Shown here: in pieces, positions 41,259-43,593 of the stretch
Layout: each line of letters begins with the position of its first letter
How positions within the stretch are numbered: the stretch's first letter is position 1
Assembly: GCA_963626845.1 (NCBI GenBank)
Contig: CAVFYB010000002.1
Coordinates: 1-43,593, forward strand
Reading direction: 5' to 3'
Length of the DNA: 43,593 nt
DNA from: Bacteroidaceae bacterium
GTDB taxonomy: Bacteria; Actinomycetota; Coriobacteriia; Coriobacteriales; Eggerthellaceae
Translations under genes and position numbers: made by a program
Notes under the pieces: generated by a model
The model's database searches: none
What the model was told of the DNA's origin: nothing
Seen by the model: the letters and a program-made list of their open reading frames with translations, nothing else

Positions 41259-43592
41259 CTACTTGGCCACCACGTTCACCAAGCGGCCGGGGATGACGAT
41301 CACCTTCTTGAGGTCCTTGCCATCGATGGCGGCGGCAACGGCATCGATGGCAGCCTGGCGGATGGCCTCCTCGCTGGCATCGGCGGCAACGGTGATCTTA
41401 GCCTTCACCTTGCCATTCACCTGCACCGCAAGCTCCACCTCGGACGACTTGGCGGCATTCGGGTCGAACTCGGGCCATGCCTCCTTATGCACCGAGCTTT
41501 CGTTGCCCAGCACGTCCTGCCACAGCTCTTCGGCCCAATGCGGGGCCATGGGAGCAAGCAGCTTCACGATGACGCCAGCCACTTCCTTGTCGAATGCGGC
41601 AAGCTCGACGTTGGCAGCACGGGTTTCGGCGGAGTTCTTGCGCAGGTAGTCGCCTGTGGCGTTCACCAATTCCATGATGGCGGCAATGGCGGTATTGAAG
41701 TTGTTGCGCGCGAAGTCGTCGATGACCTTACCCACCACGCGATGGCGCTCGCGGAGCAGTTCGTCGTGGGCCGCCTGCGCGTCGGCTTCCTTAGCGCCGG
41801 CCTGGAAGTAGGTCTCCTCACCGGCGTTGCCAGCCAAATCGTTCACCATGCGCCATGCGCGGTTCAGGAACTTGTACATGCCCGCCAGGCCGTCTTCGTT
41901 CCACTGAAGCTCCTTGTCGGGCGGGGCCATGAACAGGATGTAGGCACGCACCGCATCGGCGCCGTAGCCGGCGATCATGTCTTCGGGGCTGATGACGTTG
42001 CCCTTCGACTTCGACATGACCTCGCCGTTCTCGTCGAGCACCATACCCTGGCACAGCAGGTTGGTGAAGGGCTCGTCGAAGTTGAGCATGCCCATGTCGC
42101 GCAGCACCTTCGTGAAGAAGCGGCTGTACAGCAAATGCAGGATGGCGTGCTCGATGCCGCCGATGTACTGGTCTACCGGCATCCAGCGGTTCACGCGCTC
42201 GGATGCGAAGGGCAGCTCGGTGTTGTGCGGGTCGGTATAGCGCATGTAGTACCAGCTGGAGCACGTGAAGGTGTCCATGGTGTCGGTCTCGCGGCGCGCA
42301 GGCTTGCCGCACTTCGGGCACGTGCACTGGGCGAAGCCCTCGTGCGTGGCAAGCGTTTCTCCGGCCGCAAGGTCGATGTCCTCGGGCAGCCTTACCGGCA
42401 GCTGGTCTTCGGGAACGGGCACGATGCCGCACTCGTCGCAGTACACGATGGGAATGGGGTTGCCCCAGTAGCGCTGGCGGGAGATGAGCCAGTCGCGCAG
42501 GCGGAACTGCACCGACTTCTTGCCCTTGCCCTGCGCCTCCAGGTCGCCGATGATGGCATCCACCGCAGGCGAATGCTTGCCGCCCACCATGCCGGTGTAC
42601 TTGCCGGACTGCACCAGAACGCCTTCAGCCTCGTACGACTTTTCCCAGTCAACTGAGGTAACTATGCGTTCCTGCACGCCGTTGAGCTGGGGGTACAGCG
42701 GGTCATCTTCACCCAGGATGATGGGAATGATGGGCAGGTCGTACTTGCGGGCGAACTCGAAGTCGCGCTGGTCGCCGCAGGGAACGGCCATTACCGCACC
42801 GGTGCCGTAGTCGGCCACGATGTAGTCGGCAACCCACACGGGCACCTTCTCGCCGTTCACGGGGTTCAGCACGTAGCGGCCGGTGAAGGCGCCGTGCTTT
42901 TCGCGATCGCCCTGGGCGCGCTCGACGGCGCTTACCTTCTTGGCGGCCTCCACCAAGGCCATGACGTCGGCTTCGTGCTCGGTGCCGCATACCAGATCGT
43001 GCACCAAGGGGCTTTCAGGGGCAAGCAGGAAGAAGCTGCAGCCGAACAAGGTGTCGGGGCGCGTGGTGAACACGGTGATGGTCTGGGCATCGTCCTTGCC
43101 TTCGGCGGGAACCAGCTCGAAGTCGACCTCGGCGCCTTCGGAGCGGCCGATCCAGTTCGCCTGCATCTGCTTTACCGGGTCGGGCCAGCCGTCGAGCTGG
43201 TCCAGGTCGTCGAGCAGCTCCTGCGCGTAATCGGTGATCTTGTAGTACCACTGGGTAAGGTCGCGCTTTTCAACCGCGCCGTGGCAGCGCCAGCACTCGC
43301 CTTCGGTGACCTGCTCGTTCGCCAGAACCGTTTTGCAGTTCGGGCACCAGTTAACCGGGCTGTTGCGGCGCTCTACCAGGCCGCGCTTGTACATCTGCAG
43401 GAAGATCCACTGACCCCAGCGGTAGTACTCCGGGTCGCACGCAACGACCGTGCGGTCCCAGTCGTAGGAAAAGCCCATGCGCTTGAAGCTGGCCTTCTGC
43501 GTTTCGATGTTGGCGTAGGTCCACTTCGCCGGATGGGAATTGTGCTTGATGGCGGCGTTTTCAGCGGGAAGGCCGAACGCGTCCCAGCCCAT
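41259..43592 (-). CDS. leuS: Leucyl-tRNA synthetase, 5'-truncated by window
   Basis: [20 protein letters not shown] editing domain, [15 protein letters not shown]. Confidence 0.98.
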   Translation of the reverse strand: MGWDAFGLPAENAAIKHNSHPAKWTYANIETQKASFKRMGFSYDWDRTVVACDPEYYRWGQWIFLQMYKRGLVERRNSPVNWCPNCKTVLANEQVTEGECWRCHGAVEKRDLTQWYYKITDYAQELLDDLDQLDGWPDPVKQMQANWIGRSEGAEVDFELVPAEGKDDAQTITVFTTRPDTLFGCSFFLLAPESPLVHDLVCGTEHEADVMALVEAAKKVSAVERAQGDREKHGAFTGRYVLNPVNGEKVPVWVADYIVADYGTGAVMAVPCGDQRDFEFARKYDLPIIPIILGEDDPLYPQLNGVQERIVTSVDWEKSYEAEGVLVQSGKYTGMVGGKHSPAVDAIIGDLEAQGKGKKSVQFRLRDWLISRQRYWGNPIPIVYCDECGIVPVPEDQLPVRLPEDIDLAAGETLATHEGFAQCTCPKCGKPARRETDTMDTFTCSSWYYMRYTDPHNTELPFASERVNRWMPVDQYIGGIEHAILHLLYSRFFTKVLRDMGMLNFDEPFTNLLCQGMVLDENGEVMSKSKGNVISPEDMIAGYGADAVRAYILFMAPPDKELQWNEDGLAGMYKFLNRAWRMVNDLAGNAGEETYFQAGAKEADAQAAHDELLRERHRVVGKVIDDFARNNFNTAIAAIMELVNATGDYLRKNSAETRAANVELAAFDKEVAGVIVKLLAPMAPHWAEELWQDVLGNESSVHKEAWPEFDPNAAKSSEVELAVQVNGKVKAKITVAADASEEAIRQAAIDAVAAAIDGKDLKKVIVIPGRLVNVVAK

Positions 43593-43593
43593 G

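Overview
A high-GC, mostly housekeeping chromosomal window. Gene style and order suggest Coriobacteriia, probably Eggerthellaceae (inference, no search run). Contents in order: ECF transporter module (S, A, A', T), an FMN-binding protein, aroK, an EamA transporter, a DUF2207-like protein, tRNA-Ser(GCT), a complete F1Fo atp operon, dCMP deaminase, glyA, rpiB, glpK, an alpha/beta hydrolase, tsaC, two flavoproteins, lgt, nifU/udg/alr, eno, an orphan ecfT, anaerobic ribonucleotide reductase nrdDG, the infA-rpmJ-rpsMKD-rpoA-rplQ cluster, tRNA-Lys(TTT), a phosphoesterase, a 2-hydroxyacid dehydrogenase, a SanA-like gene and partial leuS. I found no transposase, integrase, CRISPR array or defence gene. 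The unusual signals are all non-coding. (1) A ~150-bp structured element occurs twice, 28 kb apart (3560-3710 and 31469-31614), each just downstream of a stop codon, with several compensatory base-pair changes between the copies. (2) A 190-bp integrase-less mini-element at tRNA-Ser duplicates the tRNA 3' end, contains an inverted T-arm copy and is packed with hairpins. (3) A ~218-bp degenerate palindrome built from five ~21-bp units lies between glyA and the dCMP deaminase gene. (4) nrdD has a four-hairpin leader plus paired NrdR-like boxes.
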